Notes under the pieces: generated by a model
Told to the model about the DNA's origin: nothing
What the model saw: only the letters and a program-made list of their open reading frames with translations
Database searches by the model: none
Program-made: the position numbers and the translations under genes
In this document: positions 24,573-33,760 of the stretch, in pieces
Numbering within the stretch: position 1 is the first letter of the stretch
Layout: every line of letters starts with the position of its first letter
Assembly: GCA_003645385.1 (NCBI GenBank)
Contig: QNEY01000001.1
Span: 1 to 53,406, forward strand
DNA from: Gammaproteobacteria bacterium
GTDB taxonomy: Bacteria; Pseudomonadota; Gammaproteobacteria; Nitrosococcales; Methylophagaceae
Length of the DNA stretch: 53,406 bases
Direction: 5' to 3'

Positions 24573-26603
24573 TCACGCACCAAGCCGAGTTCCTTTCACT
24601 GTAATTGTCATGGCAGTTATCGTATTGACAGCACGCACATCACCAGACTCATAGGTATATTGCGTGCTTTGCTTTGCTATTAAATACAAATAACCATCTT
24701 CATCAATTTTGCTTTTATCAAGTTCACCCAATTGAATATTATAATAAGCATCGTTGGTGCATGGAGCACCTGCCTTAAGAAAAGCAACATTTTTTATTGA
24801 ACCGCCAACAGCATTATAATTGTTCTCATTTGCTTCGGGGGGCCATTGATCTTTACCGTTTCCCCAATAATGAATTGACATGTCCGGTTCACCCGGAGGT
24901 ATTGGATTATTGCTTGCATCTGGAAAAACATTGTTGCCTACTCTTGAACCACGCATATAAATATTATTAATTGCAGCATCATCTTCAAGATTTAATTTCC
25001 CAATGTTAATTCTTAAAATCGTTCTAAGCTCATGCGGATAATCCCAAGAAGGTTCTTCTCGCTCAAAAAAAAGATTATTAGCTTTAAGTCCGAGCGGAAC
25101 ATTTGTGAACACATTAATTGTATAACGTCCCTTTTTATCAAATTGTTTAGAGTAAAGAATTTCCGCTTTGTCACCATGAAATTTGACAACATGCAATCCG
25201 GTTATTTGTCCTTTATCATCTAAAAAATTTGCATCACGATAATCCGTATTATAATTTGTATAATTACCAAACGGAGTCATCATCGGACTTTTAGGCAAAA
25301 GCATAATTAATTTATTTGTGGAGCTTGGCAATATAAATGTTTCGCCAGTGGTGCTTGATGAAATAGAAATATTTAATCCATCCTTGTATGTTTCTTCGAT
25401 GTATTCTTTTGAAAAGCCTATTATATTTCTAAGCCGAACAAATGAAGTTGTAATTAATTGATTGCCTTTGACAACTGCTGAATTATAATCCCAAGTGCCA
25501 GTATCAAATATATCATCCAGAATATCTGTTAACCCGGTAACTTTATCGTAATGAACACCTTTATAAATCCAAAAGTCATCTTCTTTTTCGTAATCGCCAT
25601 CAAAAGATCGTTTTGCAATTATCAATTCAATTCGTGCAACTCCATTAGAACAAAATACAAGTGCATATAACGATCCACTTTTAATAAACACAATACTTCC
25701 GAATATATTTTGAATTGCAGTAATACTACCACTTCCGATATTAGCATCTATTTCATAAATATCATTACCAAGATCATCAACATAAATGACAATCGGTTTT
25801 CCATTTGCTGAATACTTTCTGATTGTGTTTCCAAACGCAACAAAAAATTGATTTGATATTCCTGAAGTATGACCGATTGCTGTTGCTCCATCAATTCGAT
25901 CATAAAATTCATTATGCAAATAAAATTCACATAATAGGTTTTCAGGCTTTTCAACTTTATTGTTATCCGATGCTGTGCTTAATGGAAATAAAGCACCTAA
26001 AATATTCCAGATCAGTATCTTTGAACTTGTTAAACAAGCAATTGTCAATTTCGGACGCATTGTGTTCATCTGTTCATCATATCTAAATTGACTTGCATTC
26101 ATCAAGGAAGAAAGACTGCTTGCACCACCAATCATATGATTTCCCATATCATCTTCATTGGGTGTTCCACCGCCACATAAATTCAAGAAAGCACCAGAAT
26201 CTTTTGGATCTGCTTTTGATTCAACAAATCCTTTTGCAAGATCAGAATATTGATCTGAACAATGATGCAAATATCCTTTCTGTGCAAACGAGTTCAAACC
26301 AGTTGATGGATTGTATGACTTTTTCCAACACTTAGGAGGATCTTCTCCCGGCTCAGGAGTCCAATCGTCATAATCTGGATCATCCTTATGCGGTTCTGTT
26401 TGTCTGTAAATGAACCATTCCCACGGATTAAGATTTGCAATTGTTCTGATCGAATTAATCAACAATGCAACTTGTTCAATGTCACCACATCTTCTTTTAA
26501 TGTTGATCTGTGAAAGCACGCCAGTTTCTTCATCTGCTTGAAGTCTAATTGTAAAATTATCATTAGGATTTCTAGGCTCAAAAACCTTGTATGGTGTTCC
26601 CAT
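24573..26603 (-). CDS. Large distal tail / baseplate protein
   Basis: 676-aa ORF with TAATG coupling to the upstream gene. Appears more AT-rich than its neighbours. No motif recognised. Confidence 0.55.
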   Translation of the reverse strand: MGTPYKVFEPRNPNDNFTIRLQADEETGVLSQINIKRRCGDIEQVALLINSIRTIANLNPWEWFIYRQTEPHKDDPDYDDWTPEPGEDPPKCWKKSYNPSTGLNSFAQKGYLHHCSDQYSDLAKGFVESKADPKDSGAFLNLCGGGTPNEDDMGNHMIGGASSLSSLMNASQFRYDEQMNTMRPKLTIACLTSSKILIWNILGALFPLSTASDNNKVEKPENLLCEFYLHNEFYDRIDGATAIGHTSGISNQFFVAFGNTIRKYSANGKPIVIYVDDLGNDIYEIDANIGSGSITAIQNIFGSIVFIKSGSLYALVFCSNGVARIELIIAKRSFDGDYEKEDDFWIYKGVHYDKVTGLTDILDDIFDTGTWDYNSAVVKGNQLITTSFVRLRNIIGFSKEYIEETYKDGLNISISSSTTGETFILPSSTNKLIMLLPKSPMMTPFGNYTNYNTDYRDANFLDDKGQITGLHVVKFHGDKAEILYSKQFDKKGRYTINVFTNVPLGLKANNLFFEREEPSWDYPHELRTILRINIGKLNLEDDAAINNIYMRGSRVGNNVFPDASNNPIPPGEPDMSIHYWGNGKDQWPPEANENNYNAVGGSIKNVAFLKAGAPCTNDAYYNIQLGELDKSKIDEDGYLYLIAKQSTQYTYESGDVRAVNTITAMTITVKGTRLGA

Positions 26604-27634
26604 TATGTATCAAATTTCTCCCAGTCACCACCACCACCGCTTGATTTCATAAGCAAAGCGTATTTATCACCTGCTTCATTTTCGCCAAGATATTCAATAA
26701 CATCAAATTCAGATCCAACGTGTGAAAATTCAAGCTGTGAATTTCTCACGCCAACTGTTGATCCAGATGAAACTGCTAGATTCACACGACCCATGAACAT
26801 CCTATCAGTTGGAGCAGCACATCCAATGTCAAGATAGTTGACAGATTCACCACCAAGATTCACATAAACAACTGGTGGTGCATCAACGTCTGATTGTTTT
26901 AATTTGAAATATCCATCATCATCATAGCCATTGTCTGGAATCAAAGCACAGCCAACGCCAATCGCTTCAGGTGTTTGATTTGCATATTGCAATCCGGGCT
27001 TTTTGTTGTTGAATTTGACAATTGCTCTGTGCGGAGTTTCATCCCATTCCTCTAATGGTGCATATGGATCTTCTTCCCAAATGATGCTTAACAATCCATG
27101 TGGATTTGGAATGCAATAAACTGTATTGTGTTTATCTTCGCCACTTTCAGGGTCATAATCGGGATCGTGATAAATATCTATTTCTGAAAATGAAGTCTTG
27201 AACCATCTGACAATATTGATTAATGCAAATCCGTCAATATATGCAAAGCCAACTTCATTAGCAACCAAGTTGTCAGTTGTGATCCCAATGTTTCCAAAAT
27301 CTCTTGGCAATGCACGTCTGCCTACCATTGTTCTGCTGCCTTGTATTCTCACAAAGTCAGTATCAAATGATTCAACAATTCCAATTGCAGAATTTGCTGG
27401 CAATATTTCATTCAATGGAATATCAACTGAATTTGATATTTCTATTCTATGATTTGGCTCAACAAACATTGAATCAATTTGAGCAGGATTTAACATTGCT
27501 CCATCCGGAGTATTTACCATTTGCAAGCCCGGACCAGTTTTCATATTGTTCAATTGATTAACACTTTCAACAATTTTATTATAATCAATTGCTCTTGGTC
27601 TGCGTTTGATCTTTTCTATTCGTTTGAATGCCAT
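26603..27634 (-). CDS. Distal tail protein, unknown function
   Basis: 343-aa ORF with TAATG coupling at both ends. Confidence 0.5.
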   Translation of the reverse strand: MAFKRIEKIKRRPRAIDYNKIVESVNQLNNMKTGPGLQMVNTPDGAMLNPAQIDSMFVEPNHRIEISNSVDIPLNEILPANSAIGIVESFDTDFVRIQGSRTMVGRRALPRDFGNIGITTDNLVANEVGFAYIDGFALINIVRWFKTSFSEIDIYHDPDYDPESGEDKHNTVYCIPNPHGLLSIIWEEDPYAPLEEWDETPHRAIVKFNNKKPGLQYANQTPEAIGVGCALIPDNGYDDDGYFKLKQSDVDAPPVVYVNLGGESVNYLDIGCAAPTDRMFMGRVNLAVSSGSTVGVRNSQLEFSHVGSEFDVIEYLGENEAGDKYALLMKSSGGGGDWEKFDT

Positions 27635-28533
27635 TATATTATGCCCAATAATCCGAGCTTGTCACCGCCCAAGCCCAAAGCTCCAAGATTTCCGTATTCA
27701 TAAACTTGTGCAACGTGTGCTGATTTTACAAAGTATTCTCTGGTATGAACCGTTTTCCCTTCAATAACCGCTGTCTTGTCAATAAAACTTTGCCTTAACC
27801 AAACGTATTCCCAGCCTTCTTTGTCATATGTAGCAGTGTCAAATTCATTACCTTTTACTGGAACTAATTTCAATACTTTAATTTCTTGTCCAGTAATATT
27901 CGGAGCAATTAAAAAGTTGTAGGTAATTCTCCACGCTTTACCCTGTCTACGTGCTGCATTTGCACCATTGAAAAGAACTTCACCTTTTGCCCAACCTTTG
28001 AAATTTGCTTGATTTACTTTACCAGTCAATTCAAGAATCTGTCTCCACATTTCAACACTGATTGAATTGACTGATCTTGTTTCACGATATGAAGCAGTTG
28101 GTATAATTACATCAACGCCAGATATACTTCCGTCTGGTTGTAAACCTATCACTTTACTTTTCTTTGAATCTTCAGATTCTGGTTCTGGAAAATTTTGCTG
28201 TGTATACGCTTCGTTGATATGCAGCGGTTCTGTGCCAACATCAAATTGATAATTCTGCAAATTTCCTTCTTCATATTGGACATTTTCATATGTAACAATA
28301 AGTTGAACAACTCCATTATCTTTCACACCAGTTGAATTTACAACCTTCAAAGTTCTGTCCACAGCAACAAGATTTGTTCCGTATAAATCACCAAGCTGTG
28401 GACCAAATGGTTCACACTCAATCGGATCGTCAAGATGTTTAATAAAAAATATTCTGACAAATTGTGTCCCACGATCAAATGTTTGGATATAATTTCTGCT
28501 TGTGACTTGCTCTTCAATAATTGGCTCAGTCAT
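27634..28533 (-). CDS. Distal tail protein candidate (position immediately after tape measure)
   Basis: 299-aa ORF. Its start overlaps the tape-measure stop. The call rests on position only. Confidence 0.4.
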   Translation of the reverse strand: MTEPIIEEQVTSRNYIQTFDRGTQFVRIFFIKHLDDPIECEPFGPQLGDLYGTNLVAVDRTLKVVNSTGVKDNGVVQLIVTYENVQYEEGNLQNYQFDVGTEPLHINEAYTQQNFPEPESEDSKKSKVIGLQPDGSISGVDVIIPTASYRETRSVNSISVEMWRQILELTGKVNQANFKGWAKGEVLFNGANAARRQGKAWRITYNFLIAPNITGQEIKVLKLVPVKGNEFDTATYDKEGWEYVWLRQSFIDKTAVIEGKTVHTREYFVKSAHVAQVYEYGNLGALGLGGDKLGLLGII

Positions 28534-30809
28534 TATTCTTGGCTTCCTTCCTGCTTTACTATATTTACAAATCCTTGTAATTGACCCATTATCTCTGCTA
28601 ATGCGTCATTTGTTTTTGCAGTATTGTCTGCTATTCTACCAACAACACCTTCTTGAGCAATTTCACCAGTTCTTGCAAATGCAAAAGTTCCTTGTGTATC
28701 CCATAGAGCATCTTTTTTCGCACTTGTCCAAGTGGCTTTAACCGTTTCACGTTGATTCAAAGCCAATTCTGGATTATCAATTTTTAATCCAAGTTTAATC
28801 GCCTTGTTTAACAATGATTGAGATTCACGAGCGAATTTCTTCAAACTCTTGCCATACATTTCAGATTTAAGAGCAGCTTCAATTTTTGCATTTTTCTTTG
28901 CCGCTTCTTTATCACGTTTTTCTTTTTTCGCTTCCTGATCTTTGGCATACTTTTCTTGAATCTTAGCTATTTCAGAATATTGTTTTTCAAACTCTGCTTT
29001 GTCCAGACCAAGTATTTGCGACACATCAAAACCAGCACCGGCTGCATCTTCAAGTAATCCCATAAGCTGCTGTTGCATGGTTGCTTTGTTACCAGTCAAT
29101 TCAACTTCAAAGCCAGTTGCTCCAGCAAGTCTGTTTGCAACTTCTTGTTGCCATTGTTTTTGACTTACTACTTTTCCACTTTCAGGTGACACTGTTCTTT
29201 GACCAGTTTGCTGGATTCCTGTTTCTTCAAGTGCTTTTTTGAAGTCAGTATCAGATGCAACTTTTGCCATGTCTGCAACGATCTTGTCCATAAGCCCTTG
29301 AGATATTGCAGCAGTGTTTCTTCCTTCAACATCTTTTCTTGTCTGATCAGATAATTTACTTTTCCAGTCAGCACCATATCGTTCAGCAATTGGTTTTTCA
29401 GCAGCATCAAAACTTGCTTGTTCTGCAAGTTTCTTTTGCATCTTCTCCACTTCATCAGTTGTTTCTTTGATCATTCGTTTGATTTCACTGAATGATGCTG
29501 TTGCTCCGCTTGTGATCGCTCCAAATGCTGCTGCTAAAGCTGCAACAGCTTTTATTGCCAATCCCCAAACGCCACCAGTGAAGATCATTGTAAATGCTTT
29601 CAAAGCCAATCCAGCTGCAATCAATGCCATGCCAAGTTTCAAAACAAACATGACAAGAGTGCCGATTTGTTTGATCACTTTAGGATTTTTTGAAATCCAT
29701 TCTTTAAGAGCTTTGATCCAGACTAATGCTTTTTTAATAAATTCACCGACAGCTGGAACTAAAGCATCACCAATTTCAACAGCAACCGCAATTAAACTTT
29801 GCTTCAATTGATTCATTTGAAATACAAGTGTGTCTGACATCTTGCCAAATGCTTCTTGAGTTGCACCAGCTGATTCATACATCTTTCCCAAGTCTTTAGT
29901 ATAGCCAGCAACATCTTGCAGCACAGCAGCAACTCCACGAACCGCTTGCACGTTTGGAAATATCTTTGCTAAATCTTCGGGTGATGCTCCTTTCAATCTA
30001 TTTAATACGCCAACAAATCCTTCAGTTTTCAATGTTGCTGTATTCATTTCAAAGCCATATTTCTTTGCAGCTTTGGAAGCATCATCGGTCGGCTTCATAA
30101 ATGATGATAGAATTGCATTCAACGATGAAACAGCAATTTCTGTTCTGACACCATTTCTGGTCATTGTTGCAAGTGCAGCACCCATTTCCTCAAGTGGAAG
30201 TCCAGCCACTGAAGCAGTTGAAGCAACCATACCAATGCTAGGTGCAAGCTGTGCAAAGGTTGTTTTTCCACGAGCAACAATTGAAAACAGAACATCTGAA
30301 ACTTGTCCTGCTTTATCAGCTGACATTTGATATGAATTTAAGATTGTTGTGATTGCATCAGCGGACACACCTGTTGAAGTTAATCCAGCAGCAGCACCTT
30401 TTGCAGCAACTTCAAGAACGCCCATTGCTTTTGAGGGATCAACACTTGCTGACAAAATATCATACAAACCTTGTGAAAGTGTTGCTGTTGATTCGCCTAA
30501 TTCCATAGACATTTTAGAAATGCCTTCAGAGAATTTTGGCAAGAATTCTTTTGAAGCAGCGGCATCAAGCATTGTGTTGACAATTGCCATTTGCTTGCCA
30601 AAGTCAGCTGCAAGTTTTACGCTTAATGCAAGCGGTGCAACCATAACTGTGCCAACTTTGACCATTGACTTGCCAACTTTGGTGATGTCTGCTGCAAACT
30701 TTTGAACACGTTTTCTTGCCCCACCAAGTTTTTTCTTTAATGCAGCATCACGAGCCGTTATTTCAACATATGCCTCACCAGCTTTGACTGCTCCGCTGTC
30801 ACCTGCCAT
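28533..30809 (-). CDS. Tail tape measure protein
   Basis: 758 aa, Ala/Lys/helix-rich, with a central hydrophobic stretch (LVMFVLKLGMALIAAGLALKAFTMIFTGGVWGLAIKAVAALAAAFGAI). Directly downstream of the G/G-T chaperones. GGAGA SD. Confidence 0.88.
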   Translation of the reverse strand: MAGDSGAVKAGEAYVEITARDAALKKKLGGARKRVQKFAADITKVGKSMVKVGTVMVAPLALSVKLAADFGKQMAIVNTMLDAAASKEFLPKFSEGISKMSMELGESTATLSQGLYDILSASVDPSKAMGVLEVAAKGAAAGLTSTGVSADAITTILNSYQMSADKAGQVSDVLFSIVARGKTTFAQLAPSIGMVASTASVAGLPLEEMGAALATMTRNGVRTEIAVSSLNAILSSFMKPTDDASKAAKKYGFEMNTATLKTEGFVGVLNRLKGASPEDLAKIFPNVQAVRGVAAVLQDVAGYTKDLGKMYESAGATQEAFGKMSDTLVFQMNQLKQSLIAVAVEIGDALVPAVGEFIKKALVWIKALKEWISKNPKVIKQIGTLVMFVLKLGMALIAAGLALKAFTMIFTGGVWGLAIKAVAALAAAFGAITSGATASFSEIKRMIKETTDEVEKMQKKLAEQASFDAAEKPIAERYGADWKSKLSDQTRKDVEGRNTAAISQGLMDKIVADMAKVASDTDFKKALEETGIQQTGQRTVSPESGKVVSQKQWQQEVANRLAGATGFEVELTGNKATMQQQLMGLLEDAAGAGFDVSQILGLDKAEFEKQYSEIAKIQEKYAKDQEAKKEKRDKEAAKKNAKIEAALKSEMYGKSLKKFARESQSLLNKAIKLGLKIDNPELALNQRETVKATWTSAKKDALWDTQGTFAFARTGEIAQEGVVGRIADNTAKTNDALAEIMGQLQGFVNIVKQEGSQE

Positions 30810-30810
30810 T

Positions 30811-31529
30811 TTATTTCTCCGTAAACTTTTTCACATACTCTTTCCACTGCTGGATACTTTCAATTCGCATCGAGCCTTTTTTTCTTTTATTGCCTTTCAA
30901 TTCAATGAATGGATTAAAATCTTCTGGCAACATTTTCTTTTTACCCCATTGATTATGAATCAAAGCAGCAAGCAAAGAAAATTTATCCCATTCTGCTTTT
31001 TGACGACCTTTCCACATCCATTGAAGTTCACGCAATGATAATGGATTTGGATTGACACCAATGACTCCAGCAAGCTCAAAGATGTCTTTCCAAGTTACAA
31101 AGGGGCTTCGTCACCTTTTACAGTTTCAGCTTTTGCTTTTGATGCTTCACTTGGTTCTGGGAAGAAACTCACAAGAGCATTCAAAGCACATTGCATTGCT
31201 TGCAAGATTTGATCTGATTCAATTGCTTCACAGAAATCATCAAGTGAAAGCCCATGTTTTTCAACTCCACAACTTTCATAAAGAAAGATTGCAAGATGTC
31301 CAACATTACCCCAAACAGGCACAGACATTTCAATGATTCGATTGCTTGCTTCTGTGAAAGAATCAATTTCTATGCCAGCATTCTTTTCTTCAAAGTCTGC
31401 TGCTGCTGTCATTCCTTTGACAAATGCTTCAATTGTGCCAACGCCAGTCCGATCTTCAAATCTTCTGATCGTATTGACAGTGACTTTCGGCAACCATTTA
31501 CGACCTTTTGCATCAGTAAAATCCATCAT
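30811..31529 (-). CDS. Tail assembly chaperone G-T fusion made by -1 programmed frameshift
   Basis: The -1 frame is open from 31110 down to the TAA at 30811..30813. It is entered at the slippery heptamer C_CCT_TTG placed one codon before the G stop. Predicted fusion is about 240 aa. Confidence 0.7.
31095..31529 (-). CDS. Tail assembly chaperone (gpG-like)
   Basis: 144-aa acidic ORF between the tail tube and tape-measure genes. Ends ...ETVKGDEAPL with the slippery site in its last codons. Confidence 0.75.
   Translation of the reverse strand: MMDFTDAKGRKWLPKVTVNTIRRFEDRTGVGTIEAFVKGMTAAADFEEKNAGIEIDSFTEASNRIIEMSVPVWGNVGHLAIFLYESCGVEKHGLSLDDFCEAIESDQILQAMQCALNALVSFFPEPSEASKAKAETVKGDEAPL
31098..31104 (-). 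other. -1 ribosomal frameshift slippery heptamer CCCTTTG
   Basis: The minus strand reads GCC CCT TTG TAA. In X_XXY_YYZ register this is C_CCT_TTG, and after slippage it reads CCC TTT GTA ACT TGG... Confidence 0.7.
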
Positions 31530-31563
31530 AATAAATCCTCCGGTATTTGTTTTTCATTAATCA

Positions 31564-31977
31564 CTAGCTTGAAGGTGAAATTTCTTCAGGGATTCCACGA
31601 ATTCTAAAAGTGGTGCTGAAAGTAACAGCATCATTCAATGGTTCTCCACGAGAGAATTCAGTAACAGCAACATCAGACTTCCAGCCGTAACCATCACGGT
31701 CAAGAAATTCAACATCTTCAATGACAGTGCCAGCCATAAAAGCTGCTTGCACCGCTGCGATAATTCCAGCAGTGTCATTTGGTCTGTCATTCAATAAAGT
31801 AAAAGTGATTGTTCCTTCAGCAAGACCAGCAATAAAAGATTTCCAACCTACATTTGCTCTTGTAGTATCTTCAATTTCATCACGAGTCATTGAAACATCG
31901 ACATCTTGGGCAATACCTACTTCAGTACCACCGATCTTTAATACGCAATCAAAACCTGCCATTCCAGCCATTGTCAT
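31564..31977 (-). CDS. Major tail (tube) protein
   Basis: About 135 aa. The pattern (CVLKIGGTEVGIAQDVDVSMTRDEIEDTTRANVGWKSFIAGLAEGTITF ... TTFRIRG) resembles the phi13/TP901-type tail tube. The ATG at 31971 is better spaced from AAGGAG than the one at 31977. Confidence 0.75.
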   Translation of the reverse strand: MTMAGMAGFDCVLKIGGTEVGIAQDVDVSMTRDEIEDTTRANVGWKSFIAGLAEGTITFTLLNDRPNDTAGIIAAVQAAFMAGTVIEDVEFLDRDGYGWKSDVAVTEFSRGEPLNDAVTFSTTFRIRGIPEEISPSS

Positions 31978-31993
31978 TCTCCTTATAAAAGTG

Positions 31994-32266
31994 CTACATT
32001 ATTTTGATATGTTTATTCACCATGCCGATTGAATTGAACCAGCCCACACGACCGTCATTCAAACGAACTTTATACCATATAGTTCTTGCAGCATTGTTTG
32101 TTCTTCTGATTTCTAATATCTCAAATTTTGGGTCTTTCACGTTTTCAATTGATTGATCTTGTTTCAAACCACAAAACAGTTCATCACGATGCACAGGCAT
32201 CAACTGCAATGATGCAGCAATCGTGTATTTCTTTCCTGGTGTTAATTGAAAGTATTTCATTGCCAT
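31994..32266 (-). CDS. SH3b-like small protein
   Basis: WYKVRLNDGRVGWFNS resembles a bacterial SH3 signature. 90 aa. Confidence 0.4.
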   Translation of the reverse strand: MAMKYFQLTPGKKYTIAASLQLMPVHRDELFCGLKQDQSIENVKDPKFEILEIRRTNNAARTIWYKVRLNDGRVGWFNSIGMVNKHIKIM

Positions 32267-32280
32267 AATATTTTACCTTT

Positions 32281-32715
32281 TCAAATTTTCAAAGCTCTTG
32301 CTGTTAGTCTGATTAATCTACCAGGAAAAGTATTTACACCACCAACATCCATCGGTGATCCTGCTATACAACCCCAATTCGTATATCCTTCAGCCGTCAT
32401 AATAGAATCAAAATGTGCTCGGTGTAAATACTCCCAAAGCTGCATTGATAATAAATCCAAATCCTTCATTGACTGTTCTTTGTCATCATAGATATTTACA
32501 TCAACAGCAAACTCAGACCCGATATTTTTTCTAGTGCCAAAATCAGCACCGCCATGTGAGCTAATAAATATTGCAGGATATTCAGCATCATCTGGAATCT
32601 TAAAGCCAGTAAATATTGCAGGTGCTGCAACTCCGCTTGTAAACTCGTATGTTGCAAGTTGACTTGTAATTGAAGTGTTCATCAAAATAAATTGTTGTAT
32701 AACTTTTTTAATCAT
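32281..32715 (-). CDS. Tail completion / terminator-like protein (DUF3168-like)
   Basis: 144 aa, just upstream of the tube gene, with ATGA coupling to the gp10-like gene. N-terminal pattern as in DUF3168 proteins. Confidence 0.45.
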   Translation of the reverse strand: MIKKVIQQFILMNTSITSQLATYEFTSGVAAPAIFTGFKIPDDAEYPAIFISSHGGADFGTRKNIGSEFAVDVNIYDDKEQSMKDLDLLSMQLWEYLHRAHFDSIMTAEGYTNWGCIAGSPMDVGGVNTFPGRLIRLTARALKI

Positions 32716-33179
32716 TTTTTTGTCTTTCTGCTATTCAAATTTCTACCTGCTGAAGTCCCATCTAAATCCATTCCCTTGAAAAATTTTGGGAAATTCTTTC
32801 TTGCACTTGTTAATGCTGGTCCCATAAATGGTCGTGCTGGAAGATGAATTACTTTTTTTGTAGTTACTTTTATGATCGCACCAAACTCTTGATATTTCCC
32901 ATAAAATGCCATACGAGTCGGACCGACAAGAACCGAAGCAGCACCATTCACTGCTGTCTTAATGCTGCTACGTAAATGATTGCTTTGAATATTTGGTGGT
33001 GTTCCTGGTTCACTTGGTTTTCCAACTTTACCCTGTCCACGCCTGCCACTTTTCATACTGCTTTTGGCTTCACGCTCAACAGCAGCACCGCATTGGACAA
33101 GCGGCTTTATTGTTGATTGCTCAACAGCTTTTCGGACACCTTTTTCATCCAACCAGAATTTGCCTTTTGCTTCGATCAT
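32712..33179 (-). CDS. HK97 gp10-like tail component
   Basis: EREAKSSMKSGRRGQGKVGKPSEPGTPPNIQSNHLRSSIK resembles the HK97 gp10 family. Position fits. Confidence 0.55.
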   Translation of the reverse strand: MIEAKGKFWLDEKGVRKAVEQSTIKPLVQCGAAVEREAKSSMKSGRRGQGKVGKPSEPGTPPNIQSNHLRSSIKTAVNGAASVLVGPTRMAFYGKYQEFGAIIKVTTKKVIHLPARPFMGPALTSARKNFPKFFKGMDLDGTSAGRNLNSRKTKK

Positions 33180-33760
33180 GTTATTGGATTCTCAATCTTT
33201 TCTAAAAGTAAAGTCTTTGTCAATGCACCTGGCACACTTTCAACTGCCGTCACTCGATAAAAATTGCTCACTGTATATTGTTCAGATGCTTCAATGATTG
33301 CTGCTTCTGCCACCGCATCTGTGGCTGTTTTTGTTATCGGTTTATTTATCTTTTCAAGTGTCAATCTCTTTGTGAGTCCACCTTTCAAAAATTCAACTGC
33401 TGTGACTCGATAAAAGTTTTCAATTTGTTCATCAGATGTCACTTCAAACAATATCGGATCCGTTGTTCCTATTGATGATCCAGAATCATTTATTGATTTG
33501 CAATATGCCCAATAAACACCTGCTTCAAGTGTGACTGTTGCTTTGCCAGTTACGTTATCAAAGACAGCTGATGGAGTTGTTAACCATGAACCACCATCTT
33601 CTTTGACATATAAATTGTTCACTGTGCCAGCGTCATAGCCTGTCAATGTAGCTTCAACAGTTGGTGCTTCATTACTTGATGGAATCGTCATAGTCGGTGC
33701 TGATGGAGTTCCACTTCCACCGCCAATGTCATATCCGATAGGTGCAATTATTACAGGCAT
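33176..33760 (-). CDS. Structural protein: Ig/FN3-like N-domain plus duplicated 29-aa C-terminal module
   Basis: NFYRVTAVEFLKGGLTKRLTLEKINKPIT and NFYRVTAVESVPGALTKTLLLEKIENPIT are repeated 51 aa apart. Confidence 0.55.
   Translation of the reverse strand: MPVIIAPIGYDIGGGSGTPSAPTMTIPSSNEAPTVEATLTGYDAGTVNNLYVKEDGGSWLTTPSAVFDNVTGKATVTLEAGVYWAYCKSINDSGSSIGTTDPILFEVTSDEQIENFYRVTAVEFLKGGLTKRLTLEKINKPITKTATDAVAEAAIIEASEQYTVSNFYRVTAVESVPGALTKTLLLEKIENPIT

Noticed and set aside
29467-30705. Plus-strand ORFs of 114, 85 and 118 aa within the tape-measure gene
   Set aside because: They are antisense to Ala/Gly-rich coding sequence (GCN codons keep the reverse frame open). The products are Ala/Ser/Pro low-complexity.
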